Position numbers and translations under genes: made by a program
The notes under the pieces: model-generated
What the model saw: the letters and a program-made list of their open reading frames with translations, nothing else
The model's database searches: none
Told to the model about the DNA's origin: nothing
Assembly (NCBI GenBank): GCA_965214605.1
Contig: OZ243961.1
Coordinates: 2,592,001 to 2,656,000 of the forward strand
Origin: an uncultured Candidatus Binatia bacterium
Lineage (GTDB): Bacteria > Desulfobacterota > Binatia > Bin18
Reading direction: 5' to 3'
Length of the DNA stretch: 64,000 bases
Part shown: positions 62,623 to 64,000 of the stretch, piece after piece
Position numbering within the stretch: position 1 is the first letter of the stretch
Layout of the letters: every line of letters begins with the position of its first letter

Positions 62623-64000
62623 CTAGTAGATACGACGGAAGCGCTTCAGCTGTCGGCCGATTTTGCGAAAGGCTTCTTCTAGTTCCTCGTTCGTGGTGTT
62701 ATTGATAAAAACATAAGTGCCCTCCGGGTCGTCGGCTTGACTTGAGCACCGCTCTAGGTGAACCCCCAAATTGTCGTCTGGATTCTTGTCGTCTGCTATC
62801 CGGCTTGGGTCCATAGCCGCAATGGTAAACACCTTGATGCCGGCGGCCTTGGCTTCGCTACACGCCCTTTGTCGATGTGCCACCACAGTCTTACGAAGGA
62901 GATGGCTGTCATCGCCGTCAGTAAGCAGGATGAGGGCTTTCTGGACGTGTCGTCGTGCCGACGGGTCTATGGGGTGAATCTGGTCGCCCCACACGGATCG
63001 CCAGGCAGGTGCCAGCAGCCGGTGTCCCCAAACCACGCCGAGTGTCGAATAGGTGGCCGCCCCACCCGGACCGAGTCCCCGGATTGCGGCCTTGATTGTG
63101 TTGGTATCGGTTGTCAGTGGTATAATTGGGGGGAGGGTGCAGTCGTACTGGGGAGTTTCGAATCTGAATCGACTCTTATCAATATTGTTGGGGTTGCTAT
63201 AGCACACGTCCCGTGGTTTATGGTCCACATGACACTCGAAATTAACGCTATGGTCTTTTGGATAGTTTATAGTTGGGGAATAAAACCCCATCATAAATGG
63301 CGCCTGCGTAGGTAGCACCGTTGAAAGGCCAGGCGGAGTCGTACCGATCGGTAGGGGGAGTTCAGGAATAGTACGCTGGTCGGGACAGCCTTGCCACTCC
63401 TCATCCGGTGCCGGGAGCATATGCGTTTCGCCGGTGGTGCTGTCCGGGTAGGGGTTGGGGTAGTAGCGCTCGGTCGGGTAGAAGGCCCAGCCGTTGTCTT
63501 CCCAACGCTGCGCCATCGCGGAGTCGAAACGCACGCGGTAGTGCCAGGGAACCAGTCCGATGGCAGCCGAATCGTCGCTGCCGTTGTTCAAGAGGTCGAC
63601 CAGCTCCAGGGCGGCCCGCTTCACAATAGCCATCTTATTATCACTCGAACGGCGGCCCTGGAGATCATATGCCATTGAGCTGGTGGAATCAATCGCCAGG
63701 GCGACCTCGGTCAGCCTGTTGATCTGCTCAAAGCCACTGCGGGCCGCGGACGCGGTATCCAGGTCGTCCCACAGCCATCTTCCAAAGACGACCCCGCCGA
63801 GATCCGCTTGGGCTCGGACGCCGGCCGTGCCTGCGGTGCAGTCGTGGGTGATGGCGATCTCTAGGGTTTCGTTGGCTTTGGCACGTTTGCCCTCGGGCAG
63901 GTTGGCCAGGATGTAGCGTCTGGCTATTGGTTGTAGGACGGTGTTGATCTGGGCGTTGGTCATGGTATTGCAGTTGAAATCGTCCAGGGTGTTCATCAGA
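62623..64000 (-). CDS. tadG: TadG-like vWA protein (5' end outside window)
   Basis: MIDAS-like ALAIDSTSSM, LILLTDG, CSEAKAAGIKVFTI. Confidence 0.8.
   Translation of the reverse strand, partial: LMNTLDDFNCNTMTNAQINTVLQPIARRYILANLPEGKRAKANETLEIAITHDCTAGTAGVRAQADLGGVVFGRWLWDDLDTASAARSGFEQINRLTEVALAIDSTSSMAYDLQGRRSSDNKMAIVKRAALELVDLLNNGSDDSAAIGLVPWHYRVRFDSAMAQRWEDNGWAFYPTERYYPNPYPDSTTGETHMLPAPDEEWQGCPDQRTIPELPLPIGTTPPGLSTVLPTQAPFMMGFYSPTINYPKDHSVNFECHVDHKPRDVCYSNPNNIDKSRFRFETPQYDCTLPPIIPLTTDTNTIKAAIRGLGPGGAATYSTLGVVWGHRLLAPAWRSVWGDQIHPIDPSARRHVQKALILLTDGDDSHLLRKTVVAHRQRACSEAKAAGIKVFTIAAMDPSRIADDKNPDDNLGVHLERCSSQADDPEGTYVFINNTTNEELEEAFRKIGRQLKRFRRIY

Overview
This GC-rich bacterial chromosome segment contains the replication origin. 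The split F0 atp operon, the dnaA-dnaN-gyrB-gyrA block and a DUF1329 gene suggest a deltaproteobacteria-like lineage, possibly Binatia; that assignment is inference only. Left to right: glcE/glcD, a frameshifted MaoC gene, asd, an Nramp-like transporter, atpE-atpB-atpI-atpZ, hemL, dnaA, dnaN, gyrB, gyrA, a housekeeping and catabolic block (L,D-transpeptidase, yjbQ, radC, ssb, ggt, glutaryl-CoA-type dehydrogenase, methyltransferase, nth, AmpG-like MFS, esterases), a decayed type III restriction-modification locus, an SDR / K+ channel / PspA / polyamine-synthesis module, etfAB with an IclR regulator, formyl-group enzymes, biotin carboxylase subunits, thrB, a second GGT, DUF1329, a two-component pair and a Tad pilus cluster. 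Three things are not visible in the ORF track. (1) Two probable selenoproteins with in-frame UGA at catalytic Cys positions, each followed by a SECIS-like hairpin: a peroxiredoxin (PLAFTGGU) and a glutaredoxin(USSC)-DinB fusion that lies in the apparent K+ channel/PspA operon. (2) An elaborate three-part origin: a 151-bp x ~3.5 DnaA-box tandem array, an inverted homologous module upstream of dnaA, and a 21-bp-phased box array with IHF site, DnaA-trios and AT-rich tract between dnaA and dnaN. (3) A METTL20/ETFbeta-KMT-like methyltransferase overlapping the glutaryl-CoA dehydrogenase gene, with the target lysine motif present in the local EtfB.
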